Shown here: piece by piece, positions 63,634 to 64,000 of the stretch
Layout of the letters: each line of letters starts with the position of its first letter
How positions within the stretch are numbered: the first letter of the stretch is position 1
DNA from: Eledone cirrhosa
Taxonomy: Eukaryota
NCBI GenBank assembly: GCA_964016885.1
Contig: OZ024741.1
Span: 265,980,001-266,044,000, forward strand
Length of the DNA stretch: 64,000 nucleotides
Direction: 5' to 3'
The notes under the pieces: generated by a model
Told to the model about the DNA's origin: nothing
The model's input: the letters and a program-made list of their open reading frames with translations, nothing else
Database searches by the model: none
Position numbers and translations under genes: made by a program

Positions 63634-64000
63634 TAATAATAATAATGATTTCATTTTTTAGCCACAAGGGCCGACATGTAGGGGACAATACAAAGACAGG
63701 GACAGTGGGGTTTACAATAAGGTCGAGTAAAAGTGCACAATGGCAAGACTAATTTAACAATGAAGATATAAAAATATAAAATAAACTATGCATAAATATA
63801 ACAAAATAAATTCCCCGATAGGGGGTGGACGACCCTGGGGTGACTCGGGTACCCCACCAATCCTGAACCACCCTGCGCTTCTAGGGAACCCAGGGAGAGC
63901 ACCCCTCTCCTCAAGTTAGCTAGCCTATAGGCGCATGGTCAGAGTAGGCCCATTCACACGAGCCATTCTCGCCACATTCATCCACCTTTTAGCAAATGTA
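63634..64000 (-). mobile_element. Probable 3' end of a non-LTR retrotransposon (L1/Tx1-like), cut by the window edge
   Basis: On the minus strand an open frame ends in TAG at 63925-63927. It is followed by ~280 bp of putative 3' UTR (a GC-rich hairpin-prone part, then a T-rich part) ending CCCTTGTGGCTAAAAAATGAAATC(ATT)4. The clade call is inference from layout and a short peptide. Confidence 0.55.
63925..63999 (-). CDS. Possible C-terminal 24 codons of a retrotransposon ORF2 (partial)
   Basis: Manual translation gives TFAKRWMNVARMARVNGPTLTMRL*. An FxxxW motif about 20 residues before the stop is what I recall at Tx1/L1-like ORF2 C-termini. The fragment is too short to be conclusive. Confidence 0.4.
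   Translation of the reverse strand, partial: TFAKRWMNVARMARVNGPTLTMRL

Noticed and set aside
63366-63752. 128-aa ORF with a poly-Leu 'transmembrane' stretch
   Set aside because: It is stitched from a CA repeat, (TTC)19 and the antisense strands of two retroposon fragments.

Overview
This window is eukaryotic repetitive DNA with no credible intact gene. About 97% of it (1 to ~62,430, open at the left edge) is one head-to-tail satellite array of an 18-bp monomer, CACACAAACACTCTCTCA, with 16-, 17-, 19- and 20-bp variants. Rare variant monomers act as markers and reveal nested higher-order repeats with periods of about 105 bp, 348 bp, 874 bp, 1.64 kb, 1.98 kb, 2.51 kb, 2.56 kb, 4.57/6.2 kb and 8.5-10.5 kb. 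The ORF track over the array (SHTQTL/HTNTLS/HKHSLT and CERVFV/VRECLC repeats) follows from an 18-bp, G-free monomer and is not evidence of coding. The last 1.6 kb holds CT-, GGT-, TG/CA- and TTC-type simple repeats, then a truncated minus-strand SINE-like fragment and what looks like the 3' end of a minus-strand non-LTR retrotransposon. From recall, not a search, the SINE fragment resembles abundant octopus SINEs. The two elements share a similar ~35-nt 3' tail, which suggests a SINE/LINE partner pair. I do not see evidence for a new protein-coding system; the points of interest are the satellite architecture and the shared tail.
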